DNA of 64,000 nt from an uncultured Actinomycetes bacterium (GTDB taxonomy: Bacteria > Actinomycetota > Thermoleophilia > UBA2241): positions 160,001 to 224,000 of the forward strand of contig CAVRZA010000006.1 in NCBI GenBank assembly GCA_963725665.1, written 5' to 3'. Positions within the stretch are counted from its first letter, which is position 1. Every line of letters begins with the position of its first letter. The notes below the pieces were generated by a model. That model searched no databases and was not told the DNA's origin. It saw only the letters and a program-made list of their open reading frames with translations. Positions 54,514 through 64,000 of this stretch are shown in pieces. Made by a program: the position numbers and the translations under genes.

Positions 54514-55848
54514 TCAGAGGGTGGATGCCGGCGCCGCGAGCGGCCGCTGCAGGCGCACGACGTCCTCCCAGGTCTCTCGCTCGATCACGACACGCGCCGC
54601 GCCGTCCTTCACGAAGACGACGGCGGGGCGCGGCTGCCCGTTGTAGTTGTTGGCCATGGCGTAGCCGTAGGCGCCGGTGCACGGTGTCACCAGCACGTCG
54701 CCGGGCTCGGGCGGCGCGACGGCCACGTCGCGCACCAGCACGTCGCCGGACTCGCAGTGCTTGCCGGCGACGGTCACCTCGACCGTCGCCGGCACGTCGG
54801 CCTTGCTCGCCAGCATGGCCTCGTAGCGCTGCCCGTAGAGCATGGGCCGGAGGTTGTCGGACATGCCGCCGTCGACGGCGACGTAGGTGCGCACGCCGGG
54901 CACCTCCTTGACGACGCCGACGCGATAGGCGGTGACGGCCGCCTTGCCGGCGATCGAGCGTCCCGGCTCGACGAGGAGCGTGGGCATCGGCAGCCCGTGG
55001 CGCACGGCCTCGCGGCTCGCGGCCTCGACTGCGACCTGCGCGAACTCGGCGATCGACGACGGGTGGTCGCGCGGCGTGTAGCGGATGCCGAGGCCGCCGC
55101 CGAGGTTGACGACCGCGCAGGCGAAGCCGAAGCGGTCGCGCCACTCGGCGGCGGCGGCGAAGAGCACCTCGATCGCGGCCGCGTACGAGGAGAGGTCGAA
55201 GATCTGCGAGCCGAGATGGGCGTGCACGCCCACGAGCTCGAGGTGCGGCGCCGCGAGACAGGCGGCGACGGCTTCGGCCGCGACACCTCCGGCGAGGCCG
55301 AAGCCGAACTTCGAGTCCTGTTGACCGGTCTGGATGTGACTGTGCGTGGACGGCGCGATACCGGGGGTGAGGCGCAACAGCACTGTCTCCCGCCGGCCCC
55401 GAGCGGCCGCGAGCCTGTCGAGCAGGGCGATCTCCTCGAACGAGTCGACGACGAAGGTGCCGATCCCCACGTCGAGACCGAGCTCGATCTCGGCCGTCGA
55501 CTTGTCGTTGCCGTGGAAGTAGATGCGCTCCGGCGGGAAGCCGGCCACCCTAGCTGTGTAAAGCTCGCCGCCGGAGGCGACGTCGAGCGAGAGGCCCTCC
55601 TCGGCGACGAGTTGGCACATGGCGACACACGTGAAGGCTTTGCTCGCGTAGACGACCGCGAAGGACCCTACCTTGCCCTCGAAGGCGGCCACGTAAGCGC
55701 GGCACTGGTCGCGCAACGCCTGCTCGTCGTAGATGAAGAGCGGCGTGCCGTAGGCGTCGGCCAGTGAGACGACGTCGCAGCCCCCGATCTCGAGGTGGCC
55801 GGCGGCGTTGTGGCGGGTCGACTGCGGATAGATGAGGGTGTGGGTCAC
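54514..55848 (-). CDS. lysA: Diaminopimelate decarboxylase
   Basis: YGTPL, YASKA, DVASGGEL, HGNDK, SKFG, HLGSQI, EPGRS, GKHCESGD, TGAYGY.MANNYN. Confidence 0.96.
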   Translation of the reverse strand: MTHTLIYPQSTRHNAAGHLEIGGCDVVSLADAYGTPLFIYDEQALRDQCRAYVAAFEGKVGSFAVVYASKAFTCVAMCQLVAEEGLSLDVASGGELYTARVAGFPPERIYFHGNDKSTAEIELGLDVGIGTFVVDSFEEIALLDRLAAARGRRETVLLRLTPGIAPSTHSHIQTGQQDSKFGFGLAGGVAAEAVAACLAAPHLELVGVHAHLGSQIFDLSSYAAAIEVLFAAAAEWRDRFGFACAVVNLGGGLGIRYTPRDHPSSIAEFAQVAVEAASREAVRHGLPMPTLLVEPGRSIAGKAAVTAYRVGVVKEVPGVRTYVAVDGGMSDNLRPMLYGQRYEAMLASKADVPATVEVTVAGKHCESGDVLVRDVAVAPPEPGDVLVTPCTGAYGYAMANNYNGQPRPAVVFVKDGAARVVIERETWEDVVRLQRPLAAPASTL

Positions 55849-55987
55849 TGTCAAAGGATTCTACCAACAGGCGCAGGCCAAACCGCGCAGCGCGCAGCGT
55901 CGCGAAGAGTCGCTATGGCGGCGCCGGCAACGCGTCAACGGACTGCGGCCGCCCGGCGGCGGCAGGCCGGACCACGCCGCTCCCCTG

Positions 55988-56515
55988 CTAGTACTCGATG
56001 CCCTCGCGCGCCGGCACGCCGGCGTCGTAGTAGTGCTTCACCGCGCGCATCTCGGTGACGAGGTCGGCGGCCGCCACGACTTCGTCGGGCGCCCGCCGTC
56101 CCGTCACCACCAGCTCCACCTGGGCCGGCTTCTCCTCGAAGAGGCGCAGCACGTTGGCCAGCGGGACAAGCTCGAAGTAGAGCGCCGTGAGCAGCTCGTC
56201 GAGGATGACTAGGTCGAAGGCGCCGCCCAGGACGATCTCGCGCGCCCCGGCGAAGCCCTCCGCGGCCGCTCGCCGGTCGTCGTCGGTCGCCTCGCCCTTG
56301 CGCACCCAGTGGTCGGGGCCGACCTGCCGCACGTCGAGGCCGATCCGTCGCGCCATGACGATCTCGCCCCACGACGGATCGGCCTTCATGAACTGCACCA
56401 CGACGACGCGCAGGTCGTGGCCCAGAGCGCGCAGCCCAAGGCCGAGGGCGGCTGTCGTCTTGCCCTTGCCGTCCCCGGTGTAGACCTGCACATAACCCCG
56501 CCTCTGTGGGCTCAC
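55988..56515 (-). CDS. cobO: Cob(I)yrinic acid a,c-diamide adenosyltransferase
   Basis: VYTGDGKGKTTAALG, QFMK, DLVILDE, ELVVTGR, ADLVTEM..VKHYY..G..AREGIEY. Confidence 0.93.
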   Translation of the reverse strand: MSPQRRGYVQVYTGDGKGKTTAALGLGLRALGHDLRVVVVQFMKADPSWGEIVMARRIGLDVRQVGPDHWVRKGEATDDDRRAAAEGFAGAREIVLGGAFDLVILDELLTALYFELVPLANVLRLFEEKPAQVELVVTGRRAPDEVVAAADLVTEMRAVKHYYDAGVPAREGIEY

Positions 56516-56624
56516 CGCACGCGACCCCCCCACTCTCCGCTCACCGCGCGGCGTCCCCAAGCCCGCCGACCGCGCCGACCGCGCACCATGCCCACGCCCA
56601 GCCCCTCGCGCATCGGCGCTCCAA

Positions 56625-57479
56625 TCAGCCGCCGTACTCGTAGAAGCCCGAGCCGGTCTTGCGGCCCAGCCTCCCCGCGGCCACGTAGCGACGCAGCAGC
56701 GGGCAGGGACGATACTTGGGATCGCCCAGGTCGCGATAGAGCGTCTCGATGATGGCCAGCGTCGTGTCGAGGCCGACGAGGTCGGCAAGCGCCAGTGGGC
56801 CCATGGGATGGTTGGCCCCCAGCTTCATGCCGGCATCGATCTCCGCGGCGCTCGCCACCCCCTCGTAGAGCGCGAACACCGCCTCGTTGATCATCGGGAA
56901 GAGGATGCGATTGGCCACGAATCCCGGCGAGTCGGCGACGGTGATCGGCGTCTTGCCCACGGTCTCCGCGAAGGCGCGCGCGGCCGCCACCGTCTCTTCG
57001 CTCGTCTCGAGGCCGCGCACGATCTCGACCAGGGCCATGGCCGGCACGGGGTTGAAGAAGTGGATGCCCACGAAGCGGTCGGGACGCCTGGTGAAGGTAG
57101 CCAGCTTGGTGACCGAGAGGCTCGATGTGTTGGTGGCGATGATCGCCTCCTCACGGAGGAGCGCGTCGGCGGCCTCGAAGAGACCCTGCTTGATGTCGAG
57201 GACCTCGGGCGCCGCCTCGATAAAGAGGTTGGCGTCGCGGCCGGCGTCGAGGGTCAGCGACGTGGTGATACTTGCCAATGCCTGCTCGCGCGCCGCGAGT
57301 TCGAGCTTGCCCTTCTCGACCTGCCGCCCGAGGTTCTTCTCGATCGCGGCGATGCCGCGTGCGATGAACTCGTCGGCGACGTCCGTCAGGACTACCCGCA
57401 TGCCCGCCTGAGCGGCGACCTGGGCGATGCCTGCCCCCATCTGGCCGGCTCCTGCCACCAGCAGCTTCTCCACCTTCAC
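56625..57479 (-). CDS. hbd: 3-hydroxybutyryl-CoA dehydrogenase
   Basis: GAGQMGAGIAQV, IEAAPE, ATNTSSLS, GIHFFNP, PGFVANR, GANHPMGPL.LADLVGLD. Confidence 0.92.
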   Translation of the reverse strand: MKVEKLLVAGAGQMGAGIAQVAAQAGMRVVLTDVADEFIARGIAAIEKNLGRQVEKGKLELAAREQALASITTSLTLDAGRDANLFIEAAPEVLDIKQGLFEAADALLREEAIIATNTSSLSVTKLATFTRRPDRFVGIHFFNPVPAMALVEIVRGLETSEETVAAARAFAETVGKTPITVADSPGFVANRILFPMINEAVFALYEGVASAAEIDAGMKLGANHPMGPLALADLVGLDTTLAIIETLYRDLGDPKYRPCPLLRRYVAAGRLGRKTGSGFYEYGG

Positions 57480-57762
57480 CTCGTGCCTCCTCCGGCCAAA
57501 TCTCTCCGCTGCGCCGACTTGACGCGGCGCGACACCCCTGCGCGCCCGGACGGCACCCAAGGAGCGGCCTTCCTCGTGTCTCCGCACAAGGGGCCGACGA
57601 AGCCGTTCCCGACGGCTTCGTGAGGCAACACTACTATAGGTCGAGGAATGGACCGCAAGCTCCTCGCCGCAGCCATGCACGCCCGGCCGCGACGACACCC
57701 GCAGACCGCGGCGACCTGCCCCGTAAGCTGACTGCGGCCGTTTCCACTGGTACCATGTGGCA

Positions 57763-58434
57763 ATGAGCCTGAGCGATCCCCCCAAGATCATCGCCTGCAA
57801 AGCGCTGCACGACGAGATCCTCTCCATCGCCGACGGCCTCGACGTTGAGTTCGTCGAGGCGCGCCTGCACGACGTGCCCGACAAGTTGCGCACAACGGTT
57901 CAGGAGGCGATAACGAACACCCCCGGCGAGCGCACCATCCTGCTGCTCTACGGGCGCTGCAGCAACGGCACCGCCGGACTCGAGGCCGGGCCGCACCGTC
58001 TCATCCTGCCGGCGGTCGACGACTGCATCTCGCTGCTCCTCGGCTCCCGGGCCAGGTACCTCGAAGAGCACGCGAAGCACCCTGGGACCTACTACTACAC
58101 GCGCGGCTGGATCGAGTACATCGACGACCCCTACGCGGAGTACAAGCAGATCGTGCCCAAGTATGGCGAGGAGAAGGCACGCCGCATCGCCCTCATGATC
58201 ATGGAGGGCTACACACGCGTCGCCCTCATCGACACCGGCAGCTACCCGCTCGACGAGTACGAGCCCTACGTCAACGAGGTGAGCGAGTTCTACGACCTTC
58301 ACGTGGAGCACCTCGCCGGCTCCCTGCGCTACATCGAGAAGCTCGTCAAAGGGCCCCACGATGGGGAGTTCATCGTCATCGAGCCAGGGGGTGTGCTCGA
58401 GGAGCGCATCTTCTGGGAGCTCGACTCGGGCTAG
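57763..58434 (+). CDS. DUF1638 domain protein
   Basis: IIAC, LHDVPDKL, LLYGRC..G..GL, VDDCISLLLGS, GTYYYTRGW, YTRVALIDTG. Confidence 0.85.
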   Translation: MSLSDPPKIIACKALHDEILSIADGLDVEFVEARLHDVPDKLRTTVQEAITNTPGERTILLLYGRCSNGTAGLEAGPHRLILPAVDDCISLLLGSRARYLEEHAKHPGTYYYTRGWIEYIDDPYAEYKQIVPKYGEEKARRIALMIMEGYTRVALIDTGSYPLDEYEPYVNEVSEFYDLHVEHLAGSLRYIEKLVKGPHDGEFIVIEPGGVLEERIFWELDSG

Positions 58435-58437
58435 CAG

Positions 58438-59262
58438 GTGCGCCTGGCCGTCGTCCAGCTTCGCGACGAGCCTCACGACGTCGCCGCGAACCTCGCCACC
58501 AGCCTGCGGCTCCTCCAGGAGGCGCGCGACGGCGGCGCCGAGCTGGCCGTCTTCCCCGAGCTGGCGCTGACGGGCTACTACCTCGACCAGGAGACGGCGC
58601 GCGGCGCCGCCGTCGCGGACCGTGCACTCGCGCGGCTCCAGGCGGCCGTCGACGAGCTGGGGCTGCCCACCGTCTACGGCCTGCCGCTCCTCGAGGGGCA
58701 GGCGCTCCTCAACGCCGTCGCCGTGCTGCGCCCGTCGCTCGAGCCGCAGTTCTACGTGAAGACGCACCTGTTCCGGCGCGAGAAGGACTGGTTCACCCCG
58801 GGCATGACGTTGTGGAGCGGCGACCTGGCCGGCTGGCGCTGCGGCATCCTGCACTGCTACGAAGTGGGCTTTCCCGAGATCGCGCGCGCCCTCGTCCTGC
58901 AGGGCGCGCGCCTGTTGCTCGTGCCGGCCGCCTTCGGCCGGCAGCGGCATCACATCTGGACGACGATGACGGTGGCGCGGGCGATCGAGAACGGCGCCTA
59001 CCTCGCGGCCGCCGCGCAGGCGGGCTCAAACGGCAAGGTGGACTTCGAGGGCCACAGCCGCATTGTGGACCCCATCGGGCGCGTCATCGCCGAGGCACCG
59101 GGCGAGCAGGGGATCATCTACGCCGACCTCGACGCCTCGCTCATCGCCTCGATCCGCGAGGGGCGCGACGACGCCAACTACTACCTCGGCGATCGCCGCC
59201 CTGAGCTGTACGGCCCCGTGACCGGCCGCGAGGGCGTCCCCGGGCTCGAGGAACCCGCCTAA
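58438..59262 (+). CDS. Carbon-nitrogen hydrolase (nitrilase superfamily)
   Basis: Glu-Lys-Cys triad in VFPEL, YVKTHLF, HCYEVGFPE; ARAIENG, GHSRIVDP.G, DRRPELY. Confidence 0.92.
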   Translation: MRLAVVQLRDEPHDVAANLATSLRLLQEARDGGAELAVFPELALTGYYLDQETARGAAVADRALARLQAAVDELGLPTVYGLPLLEGQALLNAVAVLRPSLEPQFYVKTHLFRREKDWFTPGMTLWSGDLAGWRCGILHCYEVGFPEIARALVLQGARLLLVPAAFGRQRHHIWTTMTVARAIENGAYLAAAAQAGSNGKVDFEGHSRIVDPIGRVIAEAPGEQGIIYADLDASLIASIREGRDDANYYLGDRRPELYGPVTGREGVPGLEEPA

Positions 59263-59299
59263 GAGCCAGGGAGACGAAGGCGACCGGGGGTTCGCGGCA

Positions 59300-59785
59300 C
59301 TAGGTCGACTTCTTCTTGCCTCGGGCGCCGGGAGGCACCCAGAGCTTCTCGGCTGCCTGGGAGGCGTCGTCGCTCCCGGGTGGGCTCGCTTCGCCGCCCG
59401 TCGACGCTGGCTCGTCCTCGCCGGCCGCCGAAGCCTCCACGCGCTCGCCGCCGGGCAGCTCGCCCTCTGGCAGGGCGGCGACACGTGCGTACTGGAGCTG
59501 CATGGCCGCCAGGGTCGACCGGAAGGCTTGCACGTCTCCCGCCTGCTCGCGTTCGAGCGTCGCGATCATGCCGCGCAGGAGCTCGATGGCGAGGCGGGCA
59601 TCGGGCAGATGCCGCAACTCCAGCGTCTCGGGGGTCAGCCCGAGCTTCTGGTAGCCAAGAGTCACCAGCGTGACCATCACCTCGCCGGCCACGTCGGCGA
59701 CGCGCAAACGCTTGATCTCTTCCCTAAGCTGGGCCTCGAGCTCCTCGTCGGTCGGCTGCCGGTGCTCGTCGTTCATCTTCGTCAC
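59300..59785 (-). CDS. DUF1844-like hypothetical protein
   Basis: LGYQKLGL....DARLAIELL...L..MQLQYA; C-terminal KLWVP. Confidence 0.65.
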   Translation of the reverse strand: MTKMNDEHRQPTDEELEAQLREEIKRLRVADVAGEVMVTLVTLGYQKLGLTPETLELRHLPDARLAIELLRGMIATLEREQAGDVQAFRSTLAAMQLQYARVAALPEGELPGGERVEASAAGEDEPASTGGEASPPGSDDASQAAEKLWVPPGARGKKKST

Positions 59786-60978
59786 ACCCCCAGCTCAGAA
59801 GTAGCCACGGGCACACCGGCGTCGGCGTGAGCCCGCAGCACCGTCTCGCGATACACATCGACCAAGGACTTGCCCTCGTGGAAGGCGCGCACCTGCCGCT
59901 GTGTGCCGTTGCCCTCCTCGAGCAGTCGTCCGACCCCGGCCAGGTGCTGCGCGCAGCCGAGCCGCTCCGCCTCCGGAGCGGCAAGCTCGACGAGCGCGCG
60001 CACGGCGTCGGGCGCCGGCACTTCGCGCAGCTCCGGCCAGGCCACGAGCTTGCCGTCGAGGCCGTAGCGGATGGCACGCCAGAGGTTCTCCTCGACGTAA
60101 CGGGTAGGGAGCACGAGAAGCGGCTCCCCCTCGTCGTAGCGCCGCAGCAAGACCGCCACGAGCAAGTACACCAGAGCTGCGAGCGCCAGGCTCTGCCAGA
60201 GCTCCGTCTGCGCGTCGCAGATACGCACCTCGACGGTGCCGAACTTGTGGTGCGGACGCACGCTCCACCAGATCTGCGTGAAGTCGCGAATGCAGTTGGT
60301 CGCCAGAAGCTCGGCGACGAAGCGCCGGTGCTCGGTCCAATCGCCGAACACATCGGGGACGCCACAACGCGGGAACATGCGCACGAAGGTCTGCACGCGG
60401 GCCGAGGCGAGCTCCGTCCAGATGCTCTCGATGAAGGGCGAATCGGCCGACAGCGCCAGCAGGTGCGGAAGGTAGGTGCGCATGGCGTCGCTCACCGCGA
60501 TCGCCCGGTCCCCGCCGCGCACGCCCACGTGCACGTGCACGCTCCACGTGTTGTTCCGCCACGCCACGTACTTCAGGGAGTCCTCCACCAGCCTGTAGTG
60601 CGGCGTGTCGATGATGCCCTGGTCCCTCCAGCTCGAGAACGGATGCGTCGCGGTGGCGCCGAGCACCAGCCCGTGTTCGCGCGCGAGGGTGAAGAGACCG
60701 CGACGCCGCGCCGACAGCCGAGCGGCAGCCGTGGCGAAGTCGGGGCACTTCTCGGTGGTGATCTCGATCTCCGAGGTGAGCAGCTCGCCGCGGATGTCGA
60801 GCTCGGTCGGCGCGGCGTCGCGCAGCTCCACGAAATGCTGAGCCAGGGCGAGGGTGTCGGGGTCGAGGATCTGGAACTCCTCCTCGATGGCAACCGTCAG
60901 GTCATCACTCTGAGCGAAGCGCGCCTCGACCTCCTCGAGGTAGGCCTCGTGCTCCTGTGTGGGAGGTGACCCGCTCAT
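59782..60978 (-). CDS. YbdK-family carboxylate-amine ligase (glutamate-cysteine ligase 2)
   Basis: TVAIEEEFQILD, EIEITT, THPFS.W, HVHVGV, LALSADSPF, WWSVRPH.KFGTVEVRICD. Confidence 0.92.
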   Translation of the reverse strand: MSGSPPTQEHEAYLEEVEARFAQSDDLTVAIEEEFQILDPDTLALAQHFVELRDAAPTELDIRGELLTSEIEITTEKCPDFATAAARLSARRRGLFTLAREHGLVLGATATHPFSSWRDQGIIDTPHYRLVEDSLKYVAWRNNTWSVHVHVGVRGGDRAIAVSDAMRTYLPHLLALSADSPFIESIWTELASARVQTFVRMFPRCGVPDVFGDWTEHRRFVAELLATNCIRDFTQIWWSVRPHHKFGTVEVRICDAQTELWQSLALAALVYLLVAVLLRRYDEGEPLLVLPTRYVEENLWRAIRYGLDGKLVAWPELREVPAPDAVRALVELAAPEAERLGCAQHLAGVGRLLEEGNGTQRQVRAFHEGKSLVDVYRETVLRAHADAGVPVATSELGV

Positions 60979-61084
60979 GACGCGCGACAGTATACCGGAG
61001 GCATGCGGGCCCCGGCGCGCGCGACGGGGGGTGGCAGGCAACCCCAGCGTGGTGGAGGTACGCGCGACGCGGGCGGCTCGCCCG

Positions 61085-61735
61085 TCAGGCGGCGCCGACC
61101 AGCTTCTTGGCGGCAACCACGGCCTCGATGGCGTCCTCGGCGTAGCCGTCGGCGCCGATCTCGTCGGCCCAGGCGCGCGTCGTGGGGGCGCCGCCGATCA
61201 TCACCTTGACGCCCGCGCGCAGACCGGCGTCCTTTAAGGCCTGGATGGTCTTCTGCTGGTTGGGCATGGTGGTCGTTAGAAGAGCGGAGAGCAGCAGCAG
61301 GTCGGGCTGCTTCTCGCGCACCTGCGTGATGAAGGTCTCCACGGCCACGTCGCAGCCGGCGTCGTAGACCTCGAAGCCGGCCGCGGAGAGCATCGAGCAG
61401 ACGATCGTCTTGCCGATCTCGTGGATGTCGCCGGCCACCGTGCCGGCGACGGCCACGCCGGTGACCTTGCGGCCCACCTTGCTTCTGTCGAACTCGGGTT
61501 GCAGGACACCCACGGCGGCCTTCATGGCCTCGGCCCCCTGCACCAGCTCGGGGAGGAAGAACTCGCCCTTGCCGAAGAGGTCACCGACCTCCTCGATGCC
61601 CTTGACGAAACCCTGGTCGAGGATGTCGGTGGGCGAGAGGCCGGCGTCGAGGCCTTGCTGCGCCAGGGCGGCCGCTTCCTCGACCTCGCCGTCGATCACG
61701 GTCTGCTTCATCTTCGCGAACAGATCCTCTGACAC
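61085..61735 (-). CDS. Corrinoid methyl-carrier protein (MttC/MtbC-like)
   Basis: FFLPELV..AEAM, GTVAGDIHEIGK (DxHxxG), SALLTTTM, KVMIGGAP...WA..IGADGY. Confidence 0.93.
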   Translation of the reverse strand: MSEDLFAKMKQTVIDGEVEEAAALAQQGLDAGLSPTDILDQGFVKGIEEVGDLFGKGEFFLPELVQGAEAMKAAVGVLQPEFDRSKVGRKVTGVAVAGTVAGDIHEIGKTIVCSMLSAAGFEVYDAGCDVAVETFITQVREKQPDLLLLSALLTTTMPNQQKTIQALKDAGLRAGVKVMIGGAPTTRAWADEIGADGYAEDAIEAVVAAKKLVGAA

Positions 61736-61969
61736 TGCGACCTCCTGAGCTGTCCACCGTCGTCTGCGAGAACCTACGTCGAACGCTGCGCGAGGCCGGC
61801 GTCGCCGGCGCGCGGCGGGACTGACCAGGGATGAACATGGCTCCTGCCGGTCGGCTAGAGGCTACCGGAACGCGAATGGACTTGGCAAGCTGCGCGCCGG
61901 CGACGCCCAAAGCCTGCCGCGAGCTTCGCAGGACCGCTGGGAACGCCGTCCCCCGGCCCTTCTCGCCCC

Positions 61970-62914
61970 CTAGATGATGTCCTTCGAGACGCGTGCCTTG
62001 AGCTCGAGCACGATGATGATGGTGGCGCTGAAGGCGACCATGAACGTCGAGATGGCGTTGATCTCGGGCGTGATGCCCATGCGCACGCGCGACCAGATCA
62101 GCAGCGGGAGCGTGGTGATCGAGGCGCCGGCGGTGAAGAAGGTCGTCACGAAGTCGTCGAAGGAGAGCGTGAAACACAGCAAAGAGGCAGCCAAGATACC
62201 GGGGAAGATGATCGGTAGGGTGACCCTGAAGAAGACGGTCATGGGGCGGCCATACAAGTCGGCTCCCGCCTCCTCGATCGCCCGGTCGAAGCCCTTCAAG
62301 CGGGCCCTGATGATGACGATGGCGAAGGGGATGTTCCAGGCCACGTGGGCGATGAGCACCGTCCAGAACCCGGGGACGAAGATCCCGCCGAAGTTGAACC
62401 CGAGGTACTTTCCCATGAAGGCGTCGAGTTGTACGAAGAAGAGCAGCGTCGACACGCCGGCGACCACCTCGGCGATGATGATCTTGGTGTAGTTCAGCCC
62501 ATCCCACATCATCTTGGTGCGGAACTCGAAGCGCTCGAGGGCAAAGGCGCCCGCCGTCGCGATCACCACGGCGATGATCGTCGAGAGGATGGCGAGCTGG
62601 ATGCTCGTAGAGAAGGCGTTGATGACATCGGGATCGTGGAGCACCGACTTGCCGCCGTCGATGTTCTGCGCCCAGTACCACTTCGTCGTGAAGTGCGTCC
62701 AGTACACGTTCAGCTTCTGGTCGTTGAACGAGAAGATGACGAGGACGACGATGGGCAGGTACAGGAAGATGAACATCAGTGTCGACCAGACCCCGAGGCC
62801 GATGTCGCTGAAGCGCATCGCACGGTCCCAGATAGAGAAGTGGACCCTGGCCCGGCGGGCGGGAGCCGGCGCCGTCGCCGGAGTCTGCGGAGGAGCGGTC
62901 ATCGTGTCGGCCAT
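61970..62914 (-). CDS. Polyamine-type ABC transporter permease (PotC-like)
   Basis: FLYLPIVVLVIFSFN, LIAHV, EEAGADL, FTLSFDDF, TTLPL.I...R.GITPEINA. Confidence 0.9.
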   Translation of the reverse strand: MADTMTAPPQTPATAPAPARRARVHFSIWDRAMRFSDIGLGVWSTLMFIFLYLPIVVLVIFSFNDQKLNVYWTHFTTKWYWAQNIDGGKSVLHDPDVINAFSTSIQLAILSTIIAVVIATAGAFALERFEFRTKMMWDGLNYTKIIIAEVVAGVSTLLFFVQLDAFMGKYLGFNFGGIFVPGFWTVLIAHVAWNIPFAIVIIRARLKGFDRAIEEAGADLYGRPMTVFFRVTLPIIFPGILAASLLCFTLSFDDFVTTFFTAGASITTLPLLIWSRVRMGITPEINAISTFMVAFSATIIIVLELKARVSKDII

Positions 62915-63858
62915 CAGAACTCCTCCGTGCCCACGGACCTGACATAGAGCGCCACCACGATGAGCATGACCGCGAGCAAGAGGGTCGACAATGCGGCCCC
63001 CAGAGGCCACATCCCCGGCCGCGTGAAGTTGGTGTAGACCAGCCACCCCCAGACCACGACCTTGTCGCCGCCGGCGATGGCCGGGATGACGAACTCACCG
63101 GTGGTCGGGATGGAGACGAGCATGCTGCCGGCAATGATGCCCGGCAGGCTGAGCGGCAGCGTCACGCGCCGGAACGTGGTCCACTTGCCGGCGCCGAGGT
63201 CCTTCGACGCCTCGAACAGCGAACGGTCGATCTTCTCGATGGAGACGAAGAGGGGCAACACCATGAAGGGCAGGTAGTCGTAGATCAAGGCGATCCACAC
63301 CGCCGTACTCGAGGGCCACAGGTGCAGCGGGTTCGACGCCGACACCAAGCCCAGCTTCTCGAGGAACGAGTTCAGCAGCCCCTGGTCGCTCAGGACGGTG
63401 CTCCACGAGTACGTCCTGATGAGAAAGCTCGTCCAGAAGGGGATCATCACCATCAGCAAGAACAGCGTCTTTCGCCGCCCGGTCTTGCGCGAGATGAAGT
63501 ACGCCAGCGGGAACCCGAGCAACAGGCAGCCCACGGTGTTGCCAAAGACCATGACGGCCGTGCGCCAGAAGGCCTTCCAGTAGATGCTGTTGGTGAGGAT
63601 CTCCCGATACCAGTGGAAGCTCTGCACCGAGTAGGCGATCTTCTCCGTGCTGACGACCGTCTGCAACGTCAGATTGACGTTCTTGTCGTACACGCCCTGG
63701 TAGCCGAAGCTGAAGACGACAATCAGGATCAGGGGCACGAGGAAGAACGCGAGCATCCAGAAGGCCATCGGCGCCACGAGGACAGGGCCGCCCCATCTGC
63801 CGAGCCTCACCCTCTGCACGCCCGCGGCCTTGGCCCGCACCGTTGCCACTTCAGCCAC
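62914..63858 (-). CDS. Polyamine-type ABC transporter permease (PotB-like)
   Basis: IPFWTSFLIRTYSW, YLPFMVLPL, EASKDLGA, WPLGAALS. Confidence 0.9.
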   Translation of the reverse strand: MAEVATVRAKAAGVQRVRLGRWGGPVLVAPMAFWMLAFFLVPLILIVVFSFGYQGVYDKNVNLTLQTVVSTEKIAYSVQSFHWYREILTNSIYWKAFWRTAVMVFGNTVGCLLLGFPLAYFISRKTGRRKTLFLLMVMIPFWTSFLIRTYSWSTVLSDQGLLNSFLEKLGLVSASNPLHLWPSSTAVWIALIYDYLPFMVLPLFVSIEKIDRSLFEASKDLGAGKWTTFRRVTLPLSLPGIIAGSMLVSIPTTGEFVIPAIAGGDKVVVWGWLVYTNFTRPGMWPLGAALSTLLLAVMLIVVALYVRSVGTEEF

Positions 63859-63958
63859 TCTGCGCTACCTCCACCATGCTCAGTCCCGGGCCACTTCAGC
63901 CGGCGCTCGCCCGGGGCGCGCCACGTCGCCGGCGGAGAACGCCGCCCCGAAGCCCAAC

Positions 63959-64000
63959 TCAAGCAGGCTGATTCTTGTACGTCGAGAAGCGCGGTGCAAC
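63959..64000 (-). CDS. Probable 3' end of an upstream gene (partial)
   Basis: Open frame VAPRFSTYKNQPA-stop entering from the window edge; too short to identify. Confidence 0.3.
   Translation of the reverse strand, partial: VAPRFSTYKNQPA

Noticed and set aside
58438-60978. Nitrilase plus YbdK ligase as a gamma-glutamyl-polyamine pathway linked to the PotBC permeases
   Set aside because: The genes are convergent with separate promoter-like elements; nothing in the sequence supports a shared pathway

Overview
High-GC (about 70% by eye) bacterial chromosome segment, most likely an anaerobic or facultative Actinomycetota of Thermoleophilia type. This is inferred from glyQ/glyS, thyX, an actinobacterial lysA-hom-thrC...rho order, PPDK, corrinoid proteins and tungstate uptake genes. 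The housekeeping backbone is mostly on the minus strand: potBC-like permeases, lysA-hom-thrC, rho, rpmE-thyX, prfA-prmC-recO, glyQS-ppdK, dnaG-rpoD, tRNA-Asn and pntAAB. Two accessory blocks stand out. (1) At 22.6-33.2 kb, between recO and glyQ, a Moco-family riboswitch lacking stem P3 (the proposed tungsten-cofactor type) heads an operon. The operon has three exported proteins carrying seven degenerate sulfite-oxidase-like molybdopterin-binding domains, a WtpABC transporter and a membrane-anchored beta-propeller protein. It is a candidate, apparently uncharacterised, tungsten/pterin-cofactor scavenging system. (2) At 44.8-50.6 kb, an archaeal-type cyclic 2,3-diphosphoglycerate pathway (2-PG kinase plus cDPG synthetase) is clustered with a metallophosphoesterase (candidate cDPG hydrolase) and a debranching-type glycosidase. 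Also present are a MazEF-like pair beside the tRNA, an MprA-like box upstream of a PDZ-less HtrA, and three apparent frameshifts. All family calls come from motif recognition by eye; no database searches were run.
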